This document shows, piece after piece, positions 28,301 through 35,856 of a stretch of DNA of 64,000 nt (the stretch's first letter is position 1; each line of letters opens with the position of its first letter). The notes under the pieces were generated by a model. That model was not told the origin of the DNA. It ran no database searches and saw nothing but the letters and a program-made list of their open reading frames with translations. The position numbers and the translations under genes were made by a program. Source of the DNA: a virus; IMG/VR virus record IMGVR_UViG_3300035698_012408; one strand, given 5' to 3'.

Positions 28301-29828
28301 TATTACCGAGCGGGGAGAACGTGCTCTCCATGTCGGGAATCTCATAATCCACCGTGTTGCGTGGCACCATGCGGACCTTGCCACTCTTCAACACCGGCAC
28401 CAACGCCTTGGGGTCGCGTTTCCCGCCACCTGGAAATGCTATCACGGCATCTGCCAAGTCCTGAGGACTTCGATATACGGTCTCACCAGTCTTAGTATCC
28501 ACCACTGGGGTGTAGACACGTCCGTCGTCACCCTTTCGCGCGGCACTTGCCATCCTCGCATCGACGCCTACCTTCCCGCTCTCTGGCGTGCGTAGAAAAT
28601 CCACAAAGCCAAACTGCGTTGGCTGCACTGCCCGAGCTTCGTCTGGTACTGCGTCCAAACTTGGGATACCACCTTCACCCATCCGCGTTACGCGGGAGTG
28701 CTGGTCGAAAATGTCTGCCGGATTGATCTCTTCCAGGGGGATACCCAGGCCGCTGCTCATGAGTGCGGCTTGAATCACGTCGTTGTAGGCTCCAGTCGGC
28801 ATCCGCTCAAGATCACCACGCCCCGAGGCCTTCCACAACAGCCTCTGCGTGACGCTACGCGCCTTGCCGAGCCGTTCCGCGAACAAGTCCTCCGGTCCCA
28901 TCATGGACTGGTAGGCCATCGAATCACGATCGTCAGGCTCTGCTTCGCCGCGAGACACGGCCAACAGCTTGCGAGTGACCGCCAGCAGCGTATCCGGCCC
29001 GACGTTCTCGAACGGTTCGCCGAGTGTCCGCTTCGTCACCTCGGGGTCCAGCGACATGGCCATGAAGGCCTCGGCAACGCGAGCCTTCTGCTCTATGGAG
29101 CTGCCTTCGCCGTCCTTGAACAGCTTGGAGTGTAGCTTGCGGATGACGGCGGGGTCATCCTTCTGGGCGTTCGTGTAAGTGAGATCATTGCCCCAGGCTT
29201 CCCGCAGCTGCGTGTCCGTCACCCCTTGGGCCCGCAAGAGCGGGAGGAGCGGCATCCTTGCCTGCCCCATTTGAATGCGGAATATCCCGCTCTGTGGGTC
29301 AAGGAATATTCGGTGACTGAAGCCCTTCTTCACGTTGACGTGGCTTTCCAGTTCACCATTGTCTTTCATGCGAGTGAACACACCCGGACGCAGTCGCATC
29401 TGGTGTGCCATCGTGTATTCGTTCCCGTTGACAACAAAAGTCCCGCGATCAGTCATCCACGGGATCTTGGCAACCGTGGCCTTCTTCCGCCCCAGTTCTG
29501 CTCCTTCCGCATCAGACAGCACCCACGTGCCACGCAGCGGCCGCGATAGACTTTTTCGCGATAGAATAGCCTTCTTTTGTTCGGCGATGGAGAAGCTCTC
29601 GGGGCCGTGGTACGCCACGTCCGTCAACGCGAGAGTATGCCGGGGGTTGGACACGGGTTCGATAGCTTGGGCGGCCGCCAACGCGTTGGCAAACAGACGT
29701 TTGCGAGTACCCGGTGTGTCACCGAACTTGCGATACGCGGGCGTAGCTTCCTCTTTGTCAGCCACGGGAGGAGCGAGGCTGGCATCAGGACCAAGTACCG
29801 ACTGAGAAATTAAACTGTCGTTAGCCAT
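25383..29828 (-). CDS. rpoB-rpoC fusion: DNA-directed RNA polymerase beta subunit fused to the N-terminal half of beta'
   Basis: Beta motifs: GTFVVNGNEYTMAHQMRLRPGVF, GRYGDKGIISRIVPDADMP...LLNPLGVISRTN, FMKLHHTAESKGQGRG, GMLEVGALLSHGA. Then, in the same frame, beta' motifs: VPVLPPAFRPV, INRAPTLHRYGMMAARP, NADFDGDAMQYHVP. The start at 29828 (MANDSL) overlaps the upstream stop as ATGGCTAA. Confidence 0.9.
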   Translation of the reverse strand: MANDSLISQSVLGPDASLAPPVADKEEATPAYRKFGDTPGTRKRLFANALAAAQAIEPVSNPRHTLALTDVAYHGPESFSIAEQKKAILSRKSLSRPLRGTWVLSDAEGAELGRKKATVAKIPWMTDRGTFVVNGNEYTMAHQMRLRPGVFTRMKDNGELESHVNVKKGFSHRIFLDPQSGIFRIQMGQARMPLLPLLRAQGVTDTQLREAWGNDLTYTNAQKDDPAVIRKLHSKLFKDGEGSSIEQKARVAEAFMAMSLDPEVTKRTLGEPFENVGPDTLLAVTRKLLAVSRGEAEPDDRDSMAYQSMMGPEDLFAERLGKARSVTQRLLWKASGRGDLERMPTGAYNDVIQAALMSSGLGIPLEEINPADIFDQHSRVTRMGEGGIPSLDAVPDEARAVQPTQFGFVDFLRTPESGKVGVDARMASAARKGDDGRVYTPVVDTKTGETVYRSPQDLADAVIAFPGGGKRDPKALVPVLKSGKVRMVPRNTVDYEIPDMESTFSPLGNMIPLKSMVKGQRAVMAARMLTQALPVVGAEAPLVQSGVPGQPGRSFEDEYSKHMGAVRWDSPGRGRVAAVDRDSITVTKEGGGTEEIPLYDNFPYNRKTFIHNTPTVQVGETVEEGQLLARSNFTDMQGVSALGRNARVAYVPFGGLNFEDANVISESFAKKMSSEHMYQHGYEWDGKDQRGKNAFISVFPAAYDKAMLENFDDNGFIRPGTEVKSGDPLILVARERERNRKSMLRGRSPGYLNQTVTWDHHTPGMVTDVVDDDGGSAVVVKSIAPMEVGDKLSGRYGDKGIISRIVPDADMPSDQDGQPYEVLLNPLGVISRTNPAQIVEAALGKIAAARGEAFKVPDFQDEDDLVEYALAELKKAGIADTETIMDSETGRKIPDVFTGNRWFMKLHHTAESKGQGRGLGAYTADQTPAKGGPEGAKRIGMLEVGALLSHGATEFLRSGNMIRGQASPEYWAQYMSGYNPPTPKVPHMYQKYVSHLKAAGINVVRDGSQTHIMALRNDDIDKLAGNRELQNVGTVDWKTMEPVRGGLFDQALTGGHMTPEGGGNRWSFIRLHEPLPNPVMEEPIRRVLGLTKQKFEDVLSGKERLNGATGPKAVGSALDNMNLDGELARAREEIKSGKRTSRDAAVRRLGYLKDAKRLGMHPRDWLLSKVPVLPPAFRPVSTMGKRKLPLVADPNYLYKEVWDANKNLKEAAGLLNDEDIGDERLALYQAFRAVTGLGDPTHPKNQERKVKGILRHVFGTSPKLGMVQRRLLGSAVDMVGRSVIAPDPDLDMDQVGLPEEQAWSIYKPIVTRRLVRKGWSRREAIRAAEERSPVAREALLKEMQDGVVVINRAPTLHRYGMMAARPKLVKGDVLKVSPLVVSGFNADFDGDAMQYHVPATEAEAHEALEKMLPSRNLLSAADFGVHYMPSQEYVGGLYEASARVDEDKPAAVFATTADAIRAYKQGKIGVGRRVEIVEDDK

Positions 29829-30810
29829 ATTGCAGTTCGTCCGCCTCATCGTCTTTGCTGGTCGGGGCATGCGTCACGGTTGTGTAGATCGGTGCTGGAG
29901 CCTTAGCAGCCCGCTGCCGTTCGCGTAACCGCATCGCCCGGTTCATTATCTCCTGCTTACTCCGGCCTGTCGTGTAGTTGTACGTGGCCAGTCCTGTGCC
30001 GCCGGCAAGTAATGCCATCGCAGCCACTAACGCACCCTTACTGCCTTGCACGTTGTCATGCCCAAACGGCGAATACATCGTGTTGAAAATATCATTAAGA
30101 CCATAAGCGAGCTTTTCACGCATGTCGCCGCCTTCCATAGCGGCAACCCGGTCATAGAGGTCATCGATACCTAATGCGTCTCCCGCGTGCTTCGCCTGCA
30201 TGGCCTGTCGATACTGCGACGCCAACGCCTTCTGGTAGTCGGCTTTCGCGTCTGTTACCTCACCTTCCTCAGTGGACTCTCGCTCGCGATCGAGCAGCCA
30301 GTCAGTGAGCTTCCAGCCGCCGTACAGACCGCCACCAGCCATGCCGATACCTGCCGTAGTTCCCCACCAATCACCCAACGGTGATGCCGTCGAGATGTTG
30401 GGCAGCATTTGCGCGAGAGAGTTCCACCACGGGGGTTTCGCGGCAGGTCCGGCGGAGCGTTTCTCACGCTCTTCATCCCTTCCGTGGATCGTGACGGGCG
30501 GCGGGGCAACATGATGAGATACCGGCGACTGGGTGTCATGTACTAGATCATTAACGCCCACCAACGCACGAGCGCCGCCGCCGAATGCTGCACCTAGACC
30601 AGCCAACCGCATGAGCTGCTTGAAGGCTTCACGTTTTGCATTTTGCTGTGCCACATGCGACGTATAAGACGGCCCAGTCAGATCAACGAAAGCCGTTTTC
30701 TCCTGCAAAGCCGCGGGCTCTTGCGAAGCCGTCTTCGCCTTCGTAGCTTGGGCGTACAGCCCCGAAAGTCCCTTCGGTGACCGCTGCTGTTGCTGTCGTT
30801 GCTTGACCAT
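29821..30810 (-). CDS. glycine-zipper membrane protein
   Basis: ATG at 30810 has an AGGAGGGGG SD. The track start is 30894. Gly-rich hydrophobic segments are LAGLGAAFGGGARALVGV, GIGMAGGGLYGGW and LVAAMALLAGGTGLA. The C-terminus is acidic. Confidence 0.55.
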   Translation of the reverse strand: MVKQRQQQQRSPKGLSGLYAQATKAKTASQEPAALQEKTAFVDLTGPSYTSHVAQQNAKREAFKQLMRLAGLGAAFGGGARALVGVNDLVHDTQSPVSHHVAPPPVTIHGRDEEREKRSAGPAAKPPWWNSLAQMLPNISTASPLGDWWGTTAGIGMAGGGLYGGWKLTDWLLDRERESTEEGEVTDAKADYQKALASQYRQAMQAKHAGDALGIDDLYDRVAAMEGGDMREKLAYGLNDIFNTMYSPFGHDNVQGSKGALVAAMALLAGGTGLATYNYTTGRSKQEIMNRAMRLRERQRAAKAPAPIYTTVTHAPTSKDDEADELQYG

Positions 30811-31183
30811 AACCCCCTCCTGGGTGTTTACCGCTAGGCGTCTCTCCGTAGATCTGGACCCATTCCAGCCATACGAGCAGCCCGCACTGTGCATCTGCCC
30901 AACGATCGATACGCTTATGCAGCATGTACCAACCGTTTACAATACGATCCATGATCTCTTCAAATTCGGTCTTCTCGTCGGGAACCCACAACTTGAATTG
31001 CTTGGAATGGTAATCGAGAGCAAGTTTCACCTGCTCTTCGTATTCATCCTGTCGCAAATCAGGAACGACGGGGCCCCGGTGTGGGAACCCCTCTGCTGTT
31101 CCTGGCCAATGCAAGGAGCCGCCGTGGCCTGTAGACTCGCCACCGCGCTCCTCAAAAAACTTCGCCATGCTGCCGTTGGGCAT
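30683..31183 (-). CDS. hypothetical protein; 3' end reads through into the next gene
   Basis: 166-aa ORF with an AGAGGT SD. The last ~40 codons overlap the better-supported downstream gene. Confidence 0.5.
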   Translation of the reverse strand: MPNGSMAKFFEERGGESTGHGGSLHWPGTAEGFPHRGPVVPDLRQDEYEEQVKLALDYHSKQFKLWVPDEKTEFEEIMDRIVNGWYMLHKRIDRWADAQCGLLVWLEWVQIYGETPSGKHPGGGYGQATTATAAVTEGTFGAVRPSYEGEDGFARARGFAGENGFR

Positions 31184-31209
31184 ATCTCAACCTCTGCTTT
31201 GGTGCGTTA

Positions 31210-31413
31210 TCAACAACGCGAGTAATCAATCGGCGCCGTTCGGGCATCCGCTTTGAGTTGTCCGACATCAAACAACTGTGTCGAACCACACGCGTGGCCG
31301 TCAAGACGGACGCTATTGTCGTCGCCGTCTACCGCCATCACTGTACCGCTCAAGCCTCGCCATTGCGAGCCTTCGTCGGCAACTGCTACTCGATCTGTCA
31401 CGATGAAAGCCAT
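31210..31413 (-). CDS. small KOW/SH3-like beta-barrel protein, paralogue 2
   Basis: ATG at 31413 has a GGGAGGG SD. MAFIVTDRVAVADEGSQWRGLSGTVMAVDGDDNSVRLDG parallels the neighbouring gene. Confidence 0.5.
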   Translation of the reverse strand: MAFIVTDRVAVADEGSQWRGLSGTVMAVDGDDNSVRLDGHACGSTQLFDVGQLKADARTAPIDYSRC

Positions 31414-31465
31414 CTGAATTACCCTCCCTGGGTTAGTTGGCTGCGAGAAAACCACACGCCACTGA

Positions 31466-31663
31466 TTACGGATACGTAATCGGCGGCGCGATCGTGGTCG
31501 TGGTGAGTTCAGCGTCCAGCAACAGCACGGACTGGGTCGGCTGCTGGCCGTCCAATCGTACATGGTTGCCGTCGCTATCGACGGAGAGAACGGTACCGCT
31601 CTTGCCTCGCCATTGCGAGCTCTGGTCGGTAACGATAACGCGATCATCAGCAGTAAAGGCCAT
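31466..31663 (-). CDS. small KOW/SH3-like beta-barrel protein, paralogue 1
   Basis: ATG at 31663 has a GAGGTG SD. Sequence MAFTADDRVIVTDQSSQWRGKSGTVLSVDSDGNHVRLDG. Confidence 0.5.
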   Translation of the reverse strand: MAFTADDRVIVTDQSSQWRGKSGTVLSVDSDGNHVRLDGQQPTQSVLLLDAELTTTTIAPPITYP

Positions 31664-31681
31664 TTGGGTCACCTCATGTGT

Positions 31682-32080
31682 TTAGCCGTTAAAGAGTTTT
31701 GGTGCGGCAGGGGCCTGTCCCCGGTACCGCCGCTGCTTCATAGACCGACGGATCTTGTCAGCCTGTTGTGAATATGTGGCGATCAGCTCTTGACGCTTCG
31801 CCTCGTCTGGGTCCGCGTCGTCTTGTTGCATCTTTGCCATCGAGTAACCGACAGCGGGACCAGCGATTGCTGCGGCACCTAAACCGACAGCCCCTAGCTG
31901 GAATGGGAGCGTCAGGTAAGCCCGCGCGGCGTTCGCCAACGCAGGCAATCCAAAAGCTGCTCCCGTGACGCCGACGAGGGCCATCTTTACGCGTCCCTCT
32001 ATCTCATCGCCGCTAAGCCCTTCCTCGGCACAGCGAAGAAGAAAGCCCATGCGGAACTGCTCTTTTGATGTTAGAGCCAT
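31682..32080 (-). CDS. small membrane protein with an N-terminal GFLLRCAEEGL motif (holin-like size; function unknown)
   Basis: 132 aa with an AAGGAGA SD. Hydrophobic Gly/Ala segments are VGVTGAAFGLPALA and GAVGLGAAAIAGPAVG. The N-terminal motif is shared with the 1548-aa protein. Confidence 0.55.
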   Translation of the reverse strand: MALTSKEQFRMGFLLRCAEEGLSGDEIEGRVKMALVGVTGAAFGLPALANAARAYLTLPFQLGAVGLGAAAIAGPAVGYSMAKMQQDDADPDEAKRQELIATYSQQADKIRRSMKQRRYRGQAPAAPKLFNG

Positions 32081-32092
32081 CCCTGGATCTCC

Positions 32093-32656
32093 TTACAAAT
32101 CGACGATAACACCACCGCGGCTCTTCTTGACAGGCCGCTTGTGGATCACGGGGAAGTCCCCGGCATGCACGTTAGGCGGAACAACAGCCTCATGGTCGAT
32201 GGCTGCGGTCTTACCGGTCTTCTTGCCGAGTGGTACAACTGGTAATTCGGGGTAACCTTCCTTGTCGGAGCCGGCATGCACTCCAAGACGGATGGTGCTG
32301 CTTCGGCGATGCCGTGACCACCATGCCTGCACGGCGGGGTCTGACGGGTCGCCCATATCACGAGCTTCACGGATGCACGCTACGACCGCATTGGCCCCGT
32401 TGACCCGCTTTTCTTGTTCTTGTCGCTGCCACGGCTTCATTTCGCACGTGGCCTGCTTCATTCTGGTATTCTTCCGCATAACCGCATTGACACGCTTCTG
32501 CATGTCGTTCGGCATCACAATGGTGGCTTCGCCCTCTTTTTTCCCGGGCCGCTCGTCAATAACGCAGATAAGCCCCTCACACGCGAAGACGGAGAGACCC
32601 TGGAAACTACGAACAGGGCCTGTGCGGCCCCCAATTGCCCATGCTGGCTTAGTCAC
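32093..32656 (-). CDS. hypothetical basic protein
   Basis: GTG at 32656 has an AGGAGAAA SD at 5-nt spacing. The track ORF starts at a TTG at 32686. Confidence 0.5.
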   Translation of the reverse strand: MTKPAWAIGGRTGPVRSFQGLSVFACEGLICVIDERPGKKEGEATIVMPNDMQKRVNAVMRKNTRMKQATCEMKPWQRQEQEKRVNGANAVVACIREARDMGDPSDPAVQAWWSRHRRSSTIRLGVHAGSDKEGYPELPVVPLGKKTGKTAAIDHEAVVPPNVHAGDFPVIHKRPVKKSRGGVIVDL

Positions 32657-32724
32657 GACATTTCTCCTGCGGTACTTAGAAACCAATTCCTACGTCTGAT
32701 TGTAACTGGTATTGCCCATAATAA

Positions 32725-33189
32725 TCAAGGGCAAGACTTCGCATAGCCTGATTGAACCATCAACTCGTTCAAGTTGACCACGTGCCCATTATCATCAGCC
32801 CCGAGCAAAACTACCAGCCATCTGCCGTATTTTCCCGTCTTTTCCTTGGGCAGGCCGCCGAACCATTTGTTCGGAGCCTTCACACTTCGGATCTTCAAAT
32901 GGTGGCCGATCGCCTCCACTGACTTGGGATCGTGGCGGTTCAGTGCGTATTTATGGATCAATTCCAGCAAATATGCCTTGGCCGCGAGGCCGTCCGAACG
33001 TGTTGCGAGCGGTCTGACCTCCACCGCGTAACAGTCTAGCAGTCTACCAGTCTGGAAGGCCGCCCACAACCCATATCCAAGCGCGGCATGGTAATAAACC
33101 GTGTCTCCGTCGTAGATGTCATGGATGTAACCATCCCTGACGTAGCTGTTTCGCAACTCAGCATCCATGTACTCTGGGAACTTTGGCAT
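32725..33189 (-). CDS. staphylococcal-nuclease (SNase/thermonuclease)-like protein
   Basis: IYDGDTVYYH...GRLLDCYAVEVRP...GLAAKAYLLELI...KTGKYGRWLVVLLG...VNLNELMVQSGYAK follows the SNase-fold pattern. ATG at 33189 lies after the terminator, so the track start at 33252 would span it. Confidence 0.6.
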   Translation of the reverse strand: MPKFPEYMDAELRNSYVRDGYIHDIYDGDTVYYHAALGYGLWAAFQTGRLLDCYAVEVRPLATRSDGLAAKAYLLELIHKYALNRHDPKSVEAIGHHLKIRSVKAPNKWFGGLPKEKTGKYGRWLVVLLGADDNGHVVNLNELMVQSGYAKSCP

Positions 33190-33206
33190 TCGATCGATCT
33201 CCATGT

Positions 33207-33239
33207 AAAAAAACCCGATCGGGTTACGGCCCGGTCGGG
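33207..33239 (-). terminator. canonical intrinsic (rho-independent) terminator
   Basis: Minus strand reads CCCGACCGGG-CCGTAA-CCCGATCGGG, with 9 of 10 stem positions paired, followed directly by TTTTTTT. Confidence 0.7.
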
Positions 33240-33280
33240 TTAGGGGGCCCACTGCGTAGGCATTCTGCTATTGCGTTCGA

Positions 33281-33676
33281 CTATTCACGCTGATTGTAGC
33301 GGTGGTATTCCACCTGTTCGCCACGGTTACCAAAGAGGCCGAAACGCTGGAGTCTGTAGATAAACCCTTCACCATCAGGTACTTGCTGTTGGCGGGTCTG
33401 TTGTGGGGCTTGACGCGGTTGATTCCAGGGGAGCAGATAGTGCCTAGCCGGGGTCGCGACCCTCGCGGGCAGTGCTGGCGTGTCCACGGTGATGACCATA
33501 TTGCTCGGGTATTGACCCGTCACGTACACCGTGCTCGACTCGATCGGTGCCGATCTTGCCGTCAGTACATCGCAACATGCTACCTGCGTGTTGGCACGAA
33601 TGCCAGCGGTCGACGCACAGCCCATGACCACGACGATCAATAGAACCGATGCGACGATTACGAAAGGTAATCTCAT
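33281..33676 (-). CDS. putative lipoprotein / exported small protein
   Basis: 131 aa. MRLPFVIVASVLLIVVVMGC-AST is a signal peptide with a lipobox-like VMGC. AAAGGAGAGG SD upstream. Confidence 0.55.
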   Translation of the reverse strand: MRLPFVIVASVLLIVVVMGCASTAGIRANTQVACCDVLTARSAPIESSTVYVTGQYPSNMVITVDTPALPARVATPARHYLLPWNQPRQAPQQTRQQQVPDGEGFIYRLQRFGLFGNRGEQVEYHRYNQRE

Positions 33677-33704
33677 CTTACCTCTCCTTTCAATTAGGGT
33701 TTCA

Positions 33705-34100
33705 CTACAGGTGTATCACGGAAGGAGGTACCGCCTCGGGCGACGTCTCCTCAGCTGGGATAGCCCCAGCTTCAACAAGGATCGCGTGGGCTCGCACGCC
33801 TAGCTCTTCCTTGAATCCCTGGTCCAATACAGCGGCCATGATAACTTTACTGGCCCACTGTGAATTTGTCAACATGATACGCTGATATTGTAAATTGGTA
33901 GCGTCCCCGCCGTCCGTATGCACGGTTGTGGGGTCCACACCACTAATACCTGCCCGCATGTCGTCCAGAATGCCCGTGAGCTCCGCATTCGCACGGATAT
34001 TCTGATTTCTTACATTGTCAATGCCCTGCTGAATAACCGCAGCTTCCTGCGGTAACTGCGGCGTTGCAGCCGCCAAAGGGATCTTGGTATCAACGGCCAA
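33705..34100 (-). CDS. hypothetical protein
   Basis: 131 aa. TTG start at 34100 with an AGGAGGG SD 8 nt upstream. Confidence 0.5.
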   Translation of the reverse strand: MAVDTKIPLAAATPQLPQEAAVIQQGIDNVRNQNIRANAELTGILDDMRAGISGVDPTTVHTDGGDATNLQYQRIMLTNSQWASKVIMAAVLDQGFKEELGVRAHAILVEAGAIPAEETSPEAVPPSVIHL

Positions 34101-34104
34101 TGGA

Positions 34105-35181
34105 TTACCCTCCTGCCGGAGGCAATGGAGTCGGTGACGGCATCGGAGCCGCCACGGGGTCTAGCGACGGAGACGTGGGCGGCGTTAGCAACGTGTTCTC
34201 CACACGCCGCATGACATCCTCTCGCAGCCCTGGGTCCATCTCGAACGCTTCGAGCACCCTGGACCCCAGTGGGGTGCGTGGTGCCGCCAACCCCTGCCCG
34301 TGCAGCACGGCCAAGGTGTCAGCCTCCGTCTCGATCACGATCGGATCAGGTGGCGTGACTTCAGGGTCACCGCCCGACAGCCACATGGCTGTTGCGGCGG
34401 CCAGCCCGGCCAATCCGGTACTCACACCGCCAACGCCGACGGCGTTACGGCGAAGCCACCCTGGCTTACGCTGCTCAGGTGCTGCCGGTGCCGGGTCCTC
34501 GACCTCTGGGCCTGTGATTCGAGCTAGTTCTGCTTGATGAGCCGCTTCTTGGGCCTGTCTTGTTTCTTCGGCCATTTCCTGCTCCCGTTGTCGGCGGGCT
34601 GCCGCGACAGCCTCCAACCGTTGTTGTTCATCCTGCTCTGCGCGTACTGCGGCTTCGCAGGCCTTTGCATCACGCCGCTGCTCATCAGCTGCGTCCTTTT
34701 CACGTTTGAGTCGTAAGATCTCGGCATCCCGCTCGGCCATCGCTCTCAAGTGAGCTGTCTGATCAACCGTCGGAGCCGCCGGTGGTGGCGTCACCACTGG
34801 TGGCGGAGTTTCCTGCGACCGTCGCAAGACTTCTTCCCGTACCTCGATCAGAGCTTCTCGTCTGGCCAGTTCCTCTCGTCGCTTCACCTCTTCGATGTCG
34901 ATGCCCTGGGTTGTTGCCGTCTGCTCGAATTCGACCTCAGAAGGCTCAGTACCAAGCACATTGCGTTCGATAGGTCCTGGCACGCCATGCTTACTCGCCG
35001 CGATCTGGCGGAACATGGCTGCTTGATCAAGACGCTCTTGCATAAACGCACGACGCTCTTCCGTCGAAAGCAGAGAGAGCAGATTCGTGCGTCGATACCG
35101 TTGGTGCGTCGTATTTGTCGGGCCGGCTACTACCTGACCCGCACCTTCCCCAACCGGTGGTGCATTGCTTGCGGTGTTCAC
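34105..35181 (-). CDS. coiled-coil protein with one glycine-rich transmembrane segment
   Basis: 358 aa. GTG start with an AAGGAG SD and a GTGA overlap. Long charged helix (EQRRDAKACEAAVRAEQDEQQRLEAVAAARRQREQEMAEE) followed by VGVGGVSTGLAGLAAATAMWL. Confidence 0.55.
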   Translation of the reverse strand: MNTASNAPPVGEGAGQVVAGPTNTTHQRYRRTNLLSLLSTEERRAFMQERLDQAAMFRQIAASKHGVPGPIERNVLGTEPSEVEFEQTATTQGIDIEEVKRREELARREALIEVREEVLRRSQETPPPVVTPPPAAPTVDQTAHLRAMAERDAEILRLKREKDAADEQRRDAKACEAAVRAEQDEQQRLEAVAAARRQREQEMAEETRQAQEAAHQAELARITGPEVEDPAPAAPEQRKPGWLRRNAVGVGGVSTGLAGLAAATAMWLSGGDPEVTPPDPIVIETEADTLAVLHGQGLAAPRTPLGSRVLEAFEMDPGLREDVMRRVENTLLTPPTSPSLDPVAAPMPSPTPLPPAGG

Positions 35182-35459
35182 AATTGGAACTCCTTTTCCG
35201 GCTGGGTAGGGCGTACGGCGTCGAGGGCTCCCGATATTCCGCCACCCACAGCACCAGCGACGACGTCGGCCGGTACTGGCACGTCTACTGGGGCGTTCGG
35301 GTCAGCATTGAAGAGCATGTCCGCAGCCCGCATTTCATTAAATGCCAAAATCGAGGCGGCCGCGGTACCTATGTTGGCATCAGAGATAGCCTGTAGGTCT
35401 TCGCGTTCATCCCGCCGCGCTGTCTTCATCAATTTCAATTGTTCAAATGGGTCCTGCAT
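35178..35459 (-). CDS. small hypothetical protein
   Basis: 93-aa ORF with an AGAGGT SD, located in the small-gene cluster with the two Ala/Gln-rich paralogues. Confidence 0.45.
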   Translation of the reverse strand: MQDPFEQLKLMKTARRDEREDLQAISDANIGTAAASILAFNEMRAADMLFNADPNAPVDVPVPADVVAGAVGGGISGALDAVRPTQPEKEFQL

Positions 35460-35473
35460 AACCGACCTCTGCT

Positions 35474-35803
35474 TTACTGCTGGATGGCGCCAGATCCCGG
35501 CGTGCCGACGCTGGTATTGAGGCCTGCCATGTGCGACGGGTCTTGTGAACCACGCAACTGTGCAGCCGCTGCTGCCTCCTGCGGGGACAATTCTGTGAGC
35601 TGCCGCTTGGAGGCGGCTTGATTTTGCATGACGCCAAGCGTCAACACAGCGGCCGGTGAAGCGGCATGTTGCCGACCGACTGCCGAATTAAGTTGGGCAT
35701 TCTGCTGCCCGGTGGCGACCGTCCGCATCGTGAGTTGTTCTGCTACGGCGGGATCAAGATCCGGTCGGTCATCGCCGATAACAACTGGAGTACGTTTTGC
35801 CAT
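35474..35803 (-). CDS. Ala/Gln-rich ~110-aa protein, paralogue B (weak RebB/R-body-like resemblance)
   Basis: 109 aa. Shares AAVLTLGV.Q and EAAAAA..R.SQDPSH.AGLNT...TP..GAI with 35926-36216. Confidence 0.5.
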   Translation of the reverse strand: MAKRTPVVIGDDRPDLDPAVAEQLTMRTVATGQQNAQLNSAVGRQHAASPAAVLTLGVMQNQAASKRQLTELSPQEAAAAAQLRGSQDPSHMAGLNTSVGTPGSGAIQQ

Positions 35804-35856
35804 GATTCTGCATCCTTATAAAAGTCCTGCTGACTGCTAAAAAAAGGAAGAGAGGC

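Noticed and set aside
22241-29828. The possibility that the RNAP genes are host rpoB/rpoC, i.e. that the window is chromosomal or chimeric.
   Set aside because: The genes are much shorter than bacterial rpoB/rpoC. They are fused and split in a non-bacterial way, lack the beta' zinc ribbon, are interrupted by two unrelated ORFs, and sit between phage portal/capsid genes and other phage-like genes on one strand. A database comparison is still needed.
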